NCBI GenBank assembly: GCA_965230975.1
Contig: OZ246402.1
Coordinates: 509,009 to 573,008, forward strand
From: an uncultured Candidatus Saccharibacteria bacterium
Lineage (GTDB): Bacteria > Patescibacteriota > Dojkabacteria > J137
DNA: 64,000 bases
Reading direction: 5' to 3'
Below, in pieces: positions 28,746 to 38,489 of this stretch (position 1 is the first letter of the stretch; each line of letters starts with the position of its first letter). The notes below the pieces were generated by a model, which did not search any database, was not told the origin of the DNA, and saw nothing but the letters and a program-made list of their open reading frames with translations. The translations under genes and the position numbers were made by a program.

Positions 28746-29558
28746 ATGTTTTTAATAATTTTAATTTTTGTATTGCTTATAGTTTATCTTTTGCTAGTAA
28801 AAAGTATTCATGATTTATCTATCCCAACAAAGAGTTTCTTAAGTTTAAAGGTGCCCGGAAAAGAAAAAACAAATGTCTTAGTTATTTATCCACACCCGGA
28901 TGATGAGTTAATGTCTGGTGGGTTAATACAAATGTTAACTAATAGGAATGATTTTAAAGTATTTATGGTTTCTACAACTAAAGGTGAACATGGAGATGAA
29001 ATTTTAAAGTTACCACCAAAAGAGCTTGCACTTGTTCGATCAATTGAATATTCAAAAGTTGCAAAAACTCTAGGGGTAAAGAATTTTGAGTTGTGGAATT
29101 TTACAGATGGTAATATGCCAAGTGAGGAAAATGAATTAAAAAACAAAATTTTAGATTTTATAAGTCAAAATAAGATAGATTTAATAGTGACTTATGAAAA
29201 ATTTGGAATGTATGGTCACCCGGACCACATAGCTTTATCAAAGGTTATAAGCCAAGTTTCTGATTCACTTAAAATAAAAGCAATTTATGCAACTTTCCCT
29301 AAAAAGATTTTAAAGAGAATTAATCTTCCTAAAACTTTAACTTATAAAGATAGGGTAGTAGAGCTAAAGTTAGATTCTATTTCCAAGCCGGAGTTTAAAA
29401 TTAACGTAACATTTAAATCACTTAAGACATATTTAGCAGGTAAGCACTACAAATCCCAATCTAGAGGAAGTACGATTGAACAGTTAATGTTTGCACTTTT
29501 TGGTAATTTTGAATACTACACAACAAAATATGACGAATTGATGTTCAAATCTAAGTAA
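28746..29558 (+). CDS. PIG-L family deacetylase with N-terminal TM helix
   Basis: YPHPDDE, TKGE, YGHPDH. Confidence 0.9.
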   Translation: MFLIILIFVLLIVYLLLVKSIHDLSIPTKSFLSLKVPGKEKTNVLVIYPHPDDELMSGGLIQMLTNRNDFKVFMVSTTKGEHGDEILKLPPKELALVRSIEYSKVAKTLGVKNFELWNFTDGNMPSEENELKNKILDFISQNKIDLIVTYEKFGMYGHPDHIALSKVISQVSDSLKIKAIYATFPKKILKRINLPKTLTYKDRVVELKLDSISKPEFKINVTFKSLKTYLAGKHYKSQSRGSTIEQLMFALFGNFEYYTTKYDELMFKSK

Positions 29559-29603
29559 TTTGGTATGATTTACTATATGTTTTTAAATTCTTAAATTTAT
29601 AAA

Positions 29604-31052
29604 ATGCTTAAAATTTTTAATACACTAGGCAGACAACAAGAGGTTTTTACACCAATAGAAGATGGAAAAGTTAAAGTATATCAATGTGGCCCAACTGTAT
29701 ATTCTACTCAACATATTGGCAACATGAGGGCAGCTGTAGAAGGCGATTTAATAACGAGAGCATTAAGGTATTTAGGTTACGATGTTAAATTTGTTAGAAA
29801 TTATACAGATTTTGGCCATTTAACAGGAGACAATATTGGAGACGCAGATAGTGGAGAAGATAGAATGACAAAGGGTGCAAAAAAAGAAGGATTAACACCT
29901 GATCAAGTTGCTAATAAATACATAAAAATATTTGAAGAAGATGTAACGGCTTTAAATACAGAAGTTCCAACAGTTATTGCAAGGGCTACAGAGTATATAG
30001 ATTCGATGATCGAAATGGTTCAAGGTCTGGTAGATAAGGGATATGCATATGTAACTCCAACAGCCATCTTTTTTGAGGTAGATAAATTTGCAGACTATAC
30101 AAAATTAAGTGGCCAAAAATTAGAAATGAACCAACATGGCGAAGGCCACGGAGCAGTGAGCGATAGTAATAAAAAGAAACCTTATGATTTTGCTATTTGG
30201 TTTTTTAAAACTGGGGACCATGCAAATGCGTTACAATATTGGCCTTCGCCATTTAAATCTACGCTTGTAGAAAATGGATATGGATTTCCTGGCTGGCATA
30301 TTGAATGTTCTGCAATGATTTTTAAAACTTTGGGAAAAACTATTGATATTCATATGGGTGGGGTAGAACATGTTCCAACTCACCATACAAATGAAATTGC
30401 TCAAAGTGAATCTTTTACAGGCAGTCATTATGTAAATTACTGGGTTCATTATGAACATTTAGATGTAGATGGTACAAAAATGAGTAAATCATTAGGTAAT
30501 GTATACAATGTCTCTGAATTAGTAAAGAAAGGTTATGACCCATTATCATTAAGGTATTTCTTTTTACAATCTCACTATAGGTCTAAACAAAACTTTACCT
30601 TTGAAGCATTAACCTCTGCACAAACATCTTTAAATCGACTAAGATCAACTTTGCAAAATTTGGTTGTTGAGGTAGAAAAATTAGAATCTGTTAAGCTAGA
30701 ACTCGATTTAGATTCTATAAATAAATTTAAACAAGCTTTAGAAAATGACTTTAATATTCCAGAGGCGTTGGCTTGTGTTTGGGAACTTTTAAGAAGTAAT
30801 AAAAGCGCACAAGTAAAACTATCTACTATCTTAGATTTTGATAAGGTTTTGGGTTTAAATTTAGAATCTTATTTGGAGCAGCCTAAAGATTTAGAAATCC
30901 CCTTAGAGGCTAAAATGCTTATAGAAGAGAGAAATATTGCAAGAATTGAAAAGGATTTTAAAAAATCAGATGAGCTTAGAGATAAATTAAAATCTGAATT
31001 TGGTCTATTGGTAAAAGATACTGCTAATGGACAAGAGGTTAGTCGAGCTTAA
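29604..31052 (+). CDS. cysS: Cysteine--tRNA ligase
   Basis: YQCGPTVY, HIGN, PGWHIECSAM, HHTNEIAQ, KMSKSLGN. Confidence 0.98.
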   Translation: MLKIFNTLGRQQEVFTPIEDGKVKVYQCGPTVYSTQHIGNMRAAVEGDLITRALRYLGYDVKFVRNYTDFGHLTGDNIGDADSGEDRMTKGAKKEGLTPDQVANKYIKIFEEDVTALNTEVPTVIARATEYIDSMIEMVQGLVDKGYAYVTPTAIFFEVDKFADYTKLSGQKLEMNQHGEGHGAVSDSNKKKPYDFAIWFFKTGDHANALQYWPSPFKSTLVENGYGFPGWHIECSAMIFKTLGKTIDIHMGGVEHVPTHHTNEIAQSESFTGSHYVNYWVHYEHLDVDGTKMSKSLGNVYNVSELVKKGYDPLSLRYFFLQSHYRSKQNFTFEALTSAQTSLNRLRSTLQNLVVEVEKLESVKLELDLDSINKFKQALENDFNIPEALACVWELLRSNKSAQVKLSTILDFDKVLGLNLESYLEQPKDLEIPLEAKMLIEERNIARIEKDFKKSDELRDKLKSEFGLLVKDTANGQEVSRA

Positions 31053-31123
31053 TATAGTTTGGTATATCTAATTAGTTCTAAAGATAAGTTATAAGATAAA
31101 GTTAATTGGTTTTTAAACCTAAA

Positions 31124-32092
31124 TTATTCGCACCTACCTAAGATGTATTTTTTTGCAAAGTTACTAAAATCTATAAGGTCTACATCTCCATCATTATCAG
31201 AATCTTTGTTGCCACACTTATAGGTTGTGTTTACATCTGTGCACGAACTTTGATAAAACGAAATAAAATCTGAGATATCAAAGTTATTTAGTAATCCATC
31301 TGAATTTGAATCAATTCCACCACAAATTATTTGGGCTTCTGTAGTTGGATTAATATTTGCACTTACTTTTGAATATTGTTCGGATAAATCACTACCTGTC
31401 CCAAAATTATTTGTATAACATGCATCAATTCTAGATGCTACACTTACAACCAAATTTGTACCTTCTTTAAAAATTGCACTTCCGCTATCTCCAAAACACA
31501 AGCCACCCGTTTCCCCTTCAAAGCTAATAGATCCATCATTAAAATCTGTACTTTTTATGCATAAATCTGCACTTTTTCGTAATGGCATAAAGTTATTGCT
31601 ATTATCTTGTTTACCATAACCAACTACTTTGTACTCACAACCCGTGGTTGCTGTTGCTATTTGTGCATAGGTTGTGAGCAATATTGGGTCTTTTAATTTT
31701 AAAATGGCTAAATCTGCAGATATTCCAAACCCATTAGTCCAATTTGGGTGTACTTCTACAGTATCTACTCTAAAGTAATCTGATTGATTAAGACTAAACG
31801 AACCGGTTCCAACATAAATTGGGGTGTTATCATCTGCACAATGTGCTGCAGTAATTGCAGTATCTTGGTTAAGAATTGCGACTCCACATACCTCAATATT
31901 GCCATTTCCTTTATCAGATATCATATAACCCGCAAAATCGTAACCTGATTCTAACTCACCACCAAAAATGGCGGAACTATCATTTGGTTGTAAGTTTTGC
32001 CTTATCTTTTCGGCAAAACCTATAAATGCAAAGATTGCGAGTATTAAGAATATTAATTTGATTAATTTTAAGTTTTCTTGTGAATTTCTCAT
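31124..32092 (-). CDS. Secreted trypsin-like (S1) serine protease with C-terminal dockerin-like Ca-binding repeats
   Basis: TAAHC / DLAIL / GDSGS triad; DSNSDGLLNNFD and DSDNDGDVDLID repeats. Confidence 0.85.
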   Translation of the reverse strand: MRNSQENLKLIKLIFLILAIFAFIGFAEKIRQNLQPNDSSAIFGGELESGYDFAGYMISDKGNGNIEVCGVAILNQDTAITAAHCADDNTPIYVGTGSFSLNQSDYFRVDTVEVHPNWTNGFGISADLAILKLKDPILLTTYAQIATATTGCEYKVVGYGKQDNSNNFMPLRKSADLCIKSTDFNDGSISFEGETGGLCFGDSGSAIFKEGTNLVVSVASRIDACYTNNFGTGSDLSEQYSKVSANINPTTEAQIICGGIDSNSDGLLNNFDISDFISFYQSSCTDVNTTYKCGNKDSDNDGDVDLIDFSNFAKKYILGRCE

Positions 32093-32709
32093 ATATTCAA
32101 TGTGCTAGAATTATTTCTTTTCAATATTTTTATAAAGCCAAATGCAATAATTATGACTAATGATAAAAGACCACCAATTGCTATATAAAATACTATTGGA
32201 TCAATATTAGTATAAATTACTTCGCTAGATTGGGCAGAAGTTATATTTGTGTTTGTATTTAGATTTATATTTTTATAAAGTTCTTTTACATCTTCTCTAA
32301 CAGATACCCCATTTGAATATTGTGTGCCATCAATTTTGTAAATGGAAAGTTTAGAAGAATCTGTCACTCGTATTTTTATAAATCCTAAACTTTGATTTTC
32401 TATAAGCGGTGTTTCTTTCACAAGTGTTGTGCAAATAGAGGTGGATGTAAACTTTTTATTATTTACACAATCATTAGTTGAAGTTAACCAACTACTATTA
32501 TTATAAATCTCAAAGCTTATTACTTCGGCACCAGATATTATTAAATTCAGTTTCACAGCATTTTCGTTTGATTGAGGTGTAGCTATTAGTTCTAAGGTGT
32601 ATTCTTTGTTGTTCTCAAAAACTGAGGGTGTGGTATTTAGCTCTACTGCAAATAATTTGCTTACGGGCAACAAAAAAAATAGCACTAAAATTAGTAAGAA
32701 TTTATTCAT
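32089..32709 (-). CDS. Signal peptide + cohesin-like beta-sandwich + C-terminal TM anchor
   Basis: Signal peptide, beta-rich domain with LGFIKIRV, Thr/Asn linker, C-terminal TM helix; overlaps the protease start. Confidence 0.55.
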   Translation of the reverse strand: MNKFLLILVLFFLLPVSKLFAVELNTTPSVFENNKEYTLELIATPQSNENAVKLNLIISGAEVISFEIYNNSSWLTSTNDCVNNKKFTSTSICTTLVKETPLIENQSLGFIKIRVTDSSKLSIYKIDGTQYSNGVSVREDVKELYKNINLNTNTNITSAQSSEVIYTNIDPIVFYIAIGGLLSLVIIIAFGFIKILKRNNSSTLNI

Positions 32710-32750
32710 ATCAAAATCAAATATACTACTATTATTGCAGTTTAAAAAGA

Positions 32751-34223
32751 TTATTGAAAGAATTTTGCTATTTCAAAAAGTAACTCATCATCAAAATGCT
32801 TTCCCATGAGTTGTAACCCAATAGGCATGCCATCTTTATCTTTTCCACTTGGAATTGAAAGAGAAGGGACTCCAACTAAATTTGCAGTTACGGTGTAAAT
32901 ATCCACCAAATACATGGCCAATGGGTCATTTGATTTTTCTCCAAGTTTAAACGCAGTTACCGGAGAAACTGGTGCTAATAGTGCATCTACTTCTCCAAAT
33001 ACTTTGTTAAATTCGTGTTTCAATTTTGTTCTTACCTTGCTAGCTTTTTTATAAAATTGATCTGAGTAACCAGAACTTAATGAATATGTTCCAATCATTA
33101 TTCTTCGTTTTACTTCATCTTCTAAAAACTCACTTCTGCCTTTTATTAAGTTTTCTTCGTAATTATTAGATACCTTTGGCCCAAATCTAACTCCATCGTA
33201 TCTTGCTCTGTTAGAAGATATTTCAGATGGTACCAAAATATAGTAAACGGCTAGCCCATATTCGGTCGTAGGTATAGATACCTCTTTTATATTTATCCCC
33301 TTAGATTTTAGTTCTTCAACTTTTTGTTCGAAAACCGTTCTGACTTCTTGGCTTAAACCTTCTCCCAAAAATTCTTTAGGGATTCCAATTGTTATAGTAT
33401 TTGAATCCAGCCTATTGTTGCTGGAATCAGATTTTAATTTACTTTTTAAACCTAATTGAACCTCATTTAAATCAAAAGTTGTTGCATCATGTTCATCTTT
33501 CCCTTCCATTATCTTTTCTAGCATTACCATATCTTCAAGATTTCTAGTAAAAAAGCCGGGAGTATCAAAAGATGATGCCATGGCTCCAATTCCATATCTT
33601 GAATTTCTGCCATAAGTGGGTTTTATTCCGTATAAACCACAAAATGAAGCAGGTAATCTAACGGACCCACCTGTATCTGTACCTAAAGAAAATAAACCCA
33701 CTCCAGCCAATAAACCGGCTGCAGAACCTGAGCTTGAACCGCCTGGGGTTTTGGTGAAGTCTAGCGGGTGTTTAGTTGCTCCAAAACCGGAGTTCTCTCC
33801 GCTTCCACCAAAACCCCACGGGTCAGAGTTACATTTTGCAATTAGAATAGCACCTTGATCTAAACATTTTTGAACAACTGTAGAGGTATATGGTGCGATA
33901 AAATCTTTCATGTATTTAGAAGAAAACGTTGTTTTAACTCCTTCAACTAAATATAAGTCTTTGGCTGTAAATGGTATTCCTAAGAGCTTATATTTTTCTT
34001 TGTCGTTTAAATCTATTTCACCACTTTCAATTTTTTGGTCTAGTTCTTTTGCTTTTTCTATTGCGCTGTCTATTATTGTTATAAATGCATTTATTTGAGG
34101 GTTAATCTCTTTGGCTCTTGTTATGTGATCTTGTATTATATCTACTATTTTGATTTCTTTATTTCTAATTTTTTGTTGTAGGCTTTCTATGTTTGTAAAA
34201 TTTGGTATTTGTAAGCTATTCAT
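32751..34223 (-). CDS. gatA: Asp/Glu-tRNA amidotransferase subunit A
   Basis: PGGSSSGSAA, GTDTGGSVRLPA, SSN.ARYDG, EVKRRIMIGTY, DPLAMYLVD. Start set at MNSLQ. Confidence 0.95.
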   Translation of the reverse strand: MNSLQIPNFTNIESLQQKIRNKEIKIVDIIQDHITRAKEINPQINAFITIIDSAIEKAKELDQKIESGEIDLNDKEKYKLLGIPFTAKDLYLVEGVKTTFSSKYMKDFIAPYTSTVVQKCLDQGAILIAKCNSDPWGFGGSGENSGFGATKHPLDFTKTPGGSSSGSAAGLLAGVGLFSLGTDTGGSVRLPASFCGLYGIKPTYGRNSRYGIGAMASSFDTPGFFTRNLEDMVMLEKIMEGKDEHDATTFDLNEVQLGLKSKLKSDSSNNRLDSNTITIGIPKEFLGEGLSQEVRTVFEQKVEELKSKGINIKEVSIPTTEYGLAVYYILVPSEISSNRARYDGVRFGPKVSNNYEENLIKGRSEFLEDEVKRRIMIGTYSLSSGYSDQFYKKASKVRTKLKHEFNKVFGEVDALLAPVSPVTAFKLGEKSNDPLAMYLVDIYTVTANLVGVPSLSIPSGKDKDGMPIGLQLMGKHFDDELLFEIAKFFQ

Positions 34224-34411
34224 TTGTCTGTGTTTAAGATAGAACATTATAGCTTTAAGATACTCTATTTGGAAGATTTATATTTACTAATATTTTACTT
34301 TTATTTTTTTTAATTATTTAGTATAAACCTAGTAGATATAGGTTTTATTGATTTAGATTATGTGATCTAGTATAATATCCTATAGTTTGCAAAGCTTTAA
34401 TTAAGAAAATC

Positions 34412-34687
34412 ATGAATAGTTATATAGAAATTCCAAAAAAAGCAGATCCAAGTGTGAAAAATGCACTTGATTTAGTCCACCTATTAAGAACAAGAAAATT
34501 AGCAACTTCAAATGCTAATCCCACTTATTTTACAGATAATACACATTACTTTGTTCGTATCCTATCTAGTAGACTTGGAATTACTGAAGAGGATTTTGAA
34601 GCTTATTATAGGCGAGAGTATGCTCCGGGGTTAGGTTTTAGCACTCCAAATAATCGAAATATTGTGCATTCAAACTTAGAGGCTTAG
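34412..34687 (+). CDS. Small hypothetical protein
   Basis: 91-aa ORF with TATAAT upstream. Confidence 0.5.
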   Translation: MNSYIEIPKKADPSVKNALDLVHLLRTRKLATSNANPTYFTDNTHYFVRILSSRLGITEEDFEAYYRREYAPGLGFSTPNNRNIVHSNLEA

Positions 34688-34744
34688 TTTAATAATTCTC
34701 TTTATAACCCATATTGGTAAAAGATTATGCGAATAATTTTTTTA

Positions 34745-34772
34745 TTGACACATTTTTCACTTTTGCTATAAT
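34745..34772 (+). promoter_or_regulatory. Consensus sigma70 promoter
   Basis: TTGACA-16 bp-TATAAT with extended TG. Confidence 0.85.
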
Positions 34773-34794
34773 ACCCGAGTTGTTATCCAAATAA

Positions 34795-34857
34795 ATGAAC
34801 AAAAAATCATTTGCAACAAATACCGTAGTTAGATCACTCATTATTAGAGTTTCTTAA
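34795..34857 (+). CDS. Putative leader peptide MNKKSFATNTVVRSLIIRVS
   Basis: Lies between a consensus promoter and an alternative-hairpin terminator. Confidence 0.55.
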   Translation: MNKKSFATNTVVRSLIIRVS

Positions 34858-34892
34858 ACTACGGGAGGATAACTATTTTAGATATTTATACC

Positions 34893-34920
34893 AAACCTCC
34901 CAAATAAGGGAGGTTTTTTT
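34893..34920 (+). terminator. Premature (attenuator-type) terminator
   Basis: AAACCTCCC-aaataa-GGGAGGTTT with T tract, 18 nt before the next ATG. Confidence 0.9.
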
Positions 34921-34938
34921 ATAATTTATATTAAGTAT

Positions 34939-35475
34939 ATGAAAGATCATGACATTACTGTGGATTGGAATTTCTTTTCAGAGTTCATAAGTCCAAATGA
35001 TCTAATGTTTAAAAACATATATACTACACAAGATTGGATTCAAGAGGAGAGTATTTCTAGTGCTTTGTATTTTTTTGAAGAGGCAAAAAAATATGCTCAC
35101 CTATTTGGACCGGGAGGTTTAAGTCTAGATGCGCAAAGAATGATTGCATATACAATAGGCATAAAAGGTTACAAACCTCCAAGAGCTATTCCATTTAAAA
35201 GAATTGATGGTAAAGGTAATTCAATACAATGTTTTATTTTGATAGATGGCCACCACAGGTTATATGTTGCAAAGCAATTAAAAATTCCAATGGAGATATT
35301 AATTGATTCTTCATATGGGAATCCATGTATTGGACAAGCAAGGTCGGTAGAAGAGTTAAATAATTTTATGTGTGATTTAACTAACAATAGAATCGGTTGT
35401 GGTACAAATACTATTCATTTAGGAAGGTTTTTTCAAAAGGGTATTTCTAGTAAGTTTGCTCGTTTGGAAATGTAG
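34939..35475 (+). CDS. ParB/Sulfiredoxin N-terminal-like domain protein
   Basis: ILIDGHHRLYVA motif; no HTH. Confidence 0.65.
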   Translation: MKDHDITVDWNFFSEFISPNDLMFKNIYTTQDWIQEESISSALYFFEEAKKYAHLFGPGGLSLDAQRMIAYTIGIKGYKPPRAIPFKRIDGKGNSIQCFILIDGHHRLYVAKQLKIPMEILIDSSYGNPCIGQARSVEELNNFMCDLTNNRIGCGTNTIHLGRFFQKGISSKFARLEM

Positions 35476-35517
35476 AACTGTTACGATATAATCACAACAT
35501 ATTTTTTAAGTGGCATT

Positions 35518-36039
35518 GTGTTAAATAAAAGTGAAATCGGCGAAAGAGAGTCTACGGTAAAATTAGTCCCAAATTCAGAAACAAATGATAACTTATTTCT
35601 AAGTCAGGATTGGTGGAATGCAGACAGGCTAGGTAGAGCAATTCTTTTCTTAAAATTAGCAAAAAGTATGAACTTATTAAAAGAGAGTTTTTTTTCACTA
35701 GAAGATCAGCTGGTTGTTCATAATAATGCAACTCCTGGAGAAATCTATAGACCAATTGTTGTTGTGCCATTTCAAAGATTAGATAGTAAGGGAAATAAGG
35801 TACATTGTCAATTAGTTTTAAATGGCCATCATAGACTTTGGGTATCTAGAATGCAAGGCATAACATTAGAAGTGGTTGTAGACACTACTCACCATATTGG
35901 CAATGTTGGTTCTATTAGAAGCTTAGATGAACTAAATAATATACTTAGCACTATATGGGGTAAAGAAGAGATTCAGGCATTTAGAAATAGGTCATTGGAG
36001 TCAGAAGTTAGGAAGAACTTAAATTTTGAAGAGATTTAG
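35518..36039 (+). CDS. ParB/Srx-like domain protein, paralog of 34939..35475
   Basis: VLNGHHRLWVS; shared PF.R.D.KGN...C and RS..ELNN motifs. Confidence 0.65.
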   Translation: MLNKSEIGERESTVKLVPNSETNDNLFLSQDWWNADRLGRAILFLKLAKSMNLLKESFFSLEDQLVVHNNATPGEIYRPIVVVPFQRLDSKGNKVHCQLVLNGHHRLWVSRMQGITLEVVVDTTHHIGNVGSIRSLDELNNILSTIWGKEEIQAFRNRSLESEVRKNLNFEEI

Positions 36040-36056
36040 TATTTTATAAATTTAAA

Positions 36057-36374
36057 ATGAACAAAGGTCCAAACGTTTGCGGAGATACAGATGGAAAAAT
36101 GCCAGATGGGTATGATAGAGACGTTCCTTACAAGCCACCTATTGAGCAAGAAAATCCCAAACCAACCAAATATTTTCTATACGGACTTGAAGCAACAGTT
36201 CACCCATGTACGCCCGATGGGTATAATGCAACGGAAAAAGTCAATGGTTGGGAAACTTCAAATCGATTCTATATCGAATATGCAGGACAAAGAAGATATT
36301 TTAATAAGTCTGACCTGGTTTTTAAAGCAGATGGTAGTGTAGAGTTATCGGGTATTATTTTCAGGGAGATTTAA
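36057..36374 (+). CDS. Hypothetical protein
   Basis: 105-aa ORF continuing the putative operon. Confidence 0.55.
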   Translation: MNKGPNVCGDTDGKMPDGYDRDVPYKPPIEQENPKPTKYFLYGLEATVHPCTPDGYNATEKVNGWETSNRFYIEYAGQRRYFNKSDLVFKADGSVELSGIIFREI

Positions 36375-37807
36375 TTGCTTACCTCTAACTTAAACTTGTA
36401 TATATTGTTTGTTTTGGAATTATCGATTGAAGAACTAGAATCTTCTAGTAAAACAAAAATATCTACAGCATTATCTGATACCAAAACTTTACTACTAGAT
36501 ATTAACTCGTTTTGAATAACAGGAAATAAATTTAACCCATCAAAATCACTTAACCAAACTTCTCTATTTTCATTATTCAAAACAAATAAAATATTTCTAC
36601 TATTATCTGTGTAATTAAGAAATTCTAACTCTTGATCTACCTTGATAGTATTAAATGCAAAAGAATAAGTCTTTTTATCTAAATTATCTTTAAAGTAAGA
36701 TGACTCTAATGTTAAATCATCTATCCTTTCAATATAAGATTTACCGTTAGGAGAAAGTTTTAATAATTTACCTTTAACATCTGATACATAAGTAAATTCT
36801 TTATCTAAATCTAAAAAAAAGTAATTTGATTGTGTTTCAACAAGTAAAATCTTATCGGAATCTTTTGCAATATGAATCTGTGTAGGAATAGCAGTTTGAA
36901 ATTCAAGATTATTAACTTTTAATAAACTAGTAGATCGATTTTGATATTGAAAAAATTGAGCTAAATCTTTTCTGTAATAATAAACAGAAGAATTCCCAAC
37001 CCCATAAATCGGTTCTCCTAAAGCACTAAAATAAACCAAATTTACCTGCTTAGAATTGATATCAAAACTTGTTATTAATTGATTGGTAGAAAATATTGCA
37101 GAAGAAGAACCTTCAAACCAGGAAACTTTTTTGGGGTAAAACCCAACAACACTATTTATATTGGTTAGGGTTTTAGAATTAAAGTCTATTAAATATAGCT
37201 CTTCTTGAGAAGGCAAATTTAAAAATGCTTTAGAACTATCAGGTGAAATTGTGAGCTCGTAATCAGATAACTTTTTTATTAAATCTGAATCAAAACTATA
37301 AATTATTTCTGGTTCGTTATCATTAAAATCTAAAATATTTCTAGTAAGTCTTATTCTCCAAATGCCAATATTGGTAGTAAGCTCACTTTTCAATAAAGTG
37401 TAAAATAAATAATCAGAGTTGTTTGAAATATAGAATTTATCTATACCGCTAGATGTAACTTTTTCAAAATCTAATCTTTCGGGGTAAAGTTGCGCATTTA
37501 AGTCTTCAACAATTCCACCTTTAAGAATAATAGTTTTCTCCCACGATTTGTAACCCTCTCTTTCTAGTTTTACCTTTGCTGGCCCAGGTGTAAGACCTTC
37601 AACTCGATTGTCAACTTTTTGGGTTGGTTGCCCATTTATGTATACCTTTACATCTTGAGGAATGCTATTTATTCTTAAAATACTTGTTGTAATAACTTTG
37701 CCTCCATTATCTAACCTGTAACCTTGTGCAAGTATAATTACATAGGCACTTGCTGCGGCAAATAAAGAGAACAACAATATTGTGATAAGTAATCTTTTCT
37801 TCAACAA
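36371..37807 (-). CDS. PEGA domain plus beta-propeller surface protein
   Basis: AQGYR after the TM helix, INSIPQDVKVYING...REGYKSW PEGA motif. Confidence 0.85.
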   Translation of the reverse strand: MLKKRLLITILLFSLFAAASAYVIILAQGYRLDNGGKVITTSILRINSIPQDVKVYINGQPTQKVDNRVEGLTPGPAKVKLEREGYKSWEKTIILKGGIVEDLNAQLYPERLDFEKVTSSGIDKFYISNNSDYLFYTLLKSELTTNIGIWRIRLTRNILDFNDNEPEIIYSFDSDLIKKLSDYELTISPDSSKAFLNLPSQEELYLIDFNSKTLTNINSVVGFYPKKVSWFEGSSSAIFSTNQLITSFDINSKQVNLVYFSALGEPIYGVGNSSVYYYRKDLAQFFQYQNRSTSLLKVNNLEFQTAIPTQIHIAKDSDKILLVETQSNYFFLDLDKEFTYVSDVKGKLLKLSPNGKSYIERIDDLTLESSYFKDNLDKKTYSFAFNTIKVDQELEFLNYTDNSRNILFVLNNENREVWLSDFDGLNLFPVIQNELISSSKVLVSDNAVDIFVLLEDSSSSIDNSKTNNIYKFKLEVSN

Positions 37808-37925
37808 AGAAATTTAACTTTTAGAAGTATATCATTTTGCAAGTGAAGGTTTAAGAAAAATTTTATTACTTCAAATATTGGTAAAAAATGTATAAACTGT
37901 ATTGTTTAGATTTTAAGGAATTAAT

Positions 37926-38417
37926 GTGAATAATACATCTAATGAAAGCAATACATTTTCTAATTCAGGTAGTTTACCACCATTGCCTCCACTACCATCT
38001 GATTCAACTAGTCCATCTGTTGTAGCTACAGATGCTACTACAAATGTTGTTCAGCAGTTGCCGGTTAGTCAACCACAGGTTGTAACACCAAATCAAACTA
38101 TAGAACCTCAAATTTCTGAAGCATCACAGGTTAATTCAGCTATGCCAACCCAACAAGCCACTATTCAAAATGCTCAACCTGTTGAGGTAGTTAGTCAGAC
38201 ACAGGTAACAGAATCTAGTGAGCCACCTGTTGTACATTTAATCCCAGCTCCATCTGAAGTTAAACCCGAGCCAGCAAAACTATCTGAAACACCATCAATG
38301 CCTACTGTTCAAAAAGCAAAGGGTGATAAATTTAATATACTTATTGCATTGTTAGGTTTTGTTTTATTCATAATGCTTGCAGTTGTTGGATATTTAGTTA
38401 TTCAACTTTTTGCCTAG
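37926..38417 (+). CDS. Pro/Ser/Gln-rich disordered protein with C-terminal TM helix
   Basis: Low-complexity N-terminus and terminal hydrophobic helix. Confidence 0.7.
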   Translation: MNNTSNESNTFSNSGSLPPLPPLPSDSTSPSVVATDATTNVVQQLPVSQPQVVTPNQTIEPQISEASQVNSAMPTQQATIQNAQPVEVVSQTQVTESSEPPVVHLIPAPSEVKPEPAKLSETPSMPTVQKAKGDKFNILIALLGFVLFIMLAVVGYLVIQLFA

Positions 38418-38422
38418 TTTAA

Positions 38423-38452
38423 TTTGGTATTAGTTAAACAATTAATACCAAA
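38423..38452. terminator. Inverted repeat after 37926..38417, possible terminator
   Basis: TTTGGTATTAGTT-aaac-AATTAATACCAAA. Confidence 0.5.
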
Positions 38453-38489
38453 TAAAGTATAATCAATATACTGATATATATTCTAAATT

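Noticed and set aside
34780-34875. SAM-I riboswitch (TTATC...GATAA ends)
   Set aside because: Core GAGGGA/kink-turn, GCAACC and GGTGC elements are not properly present.
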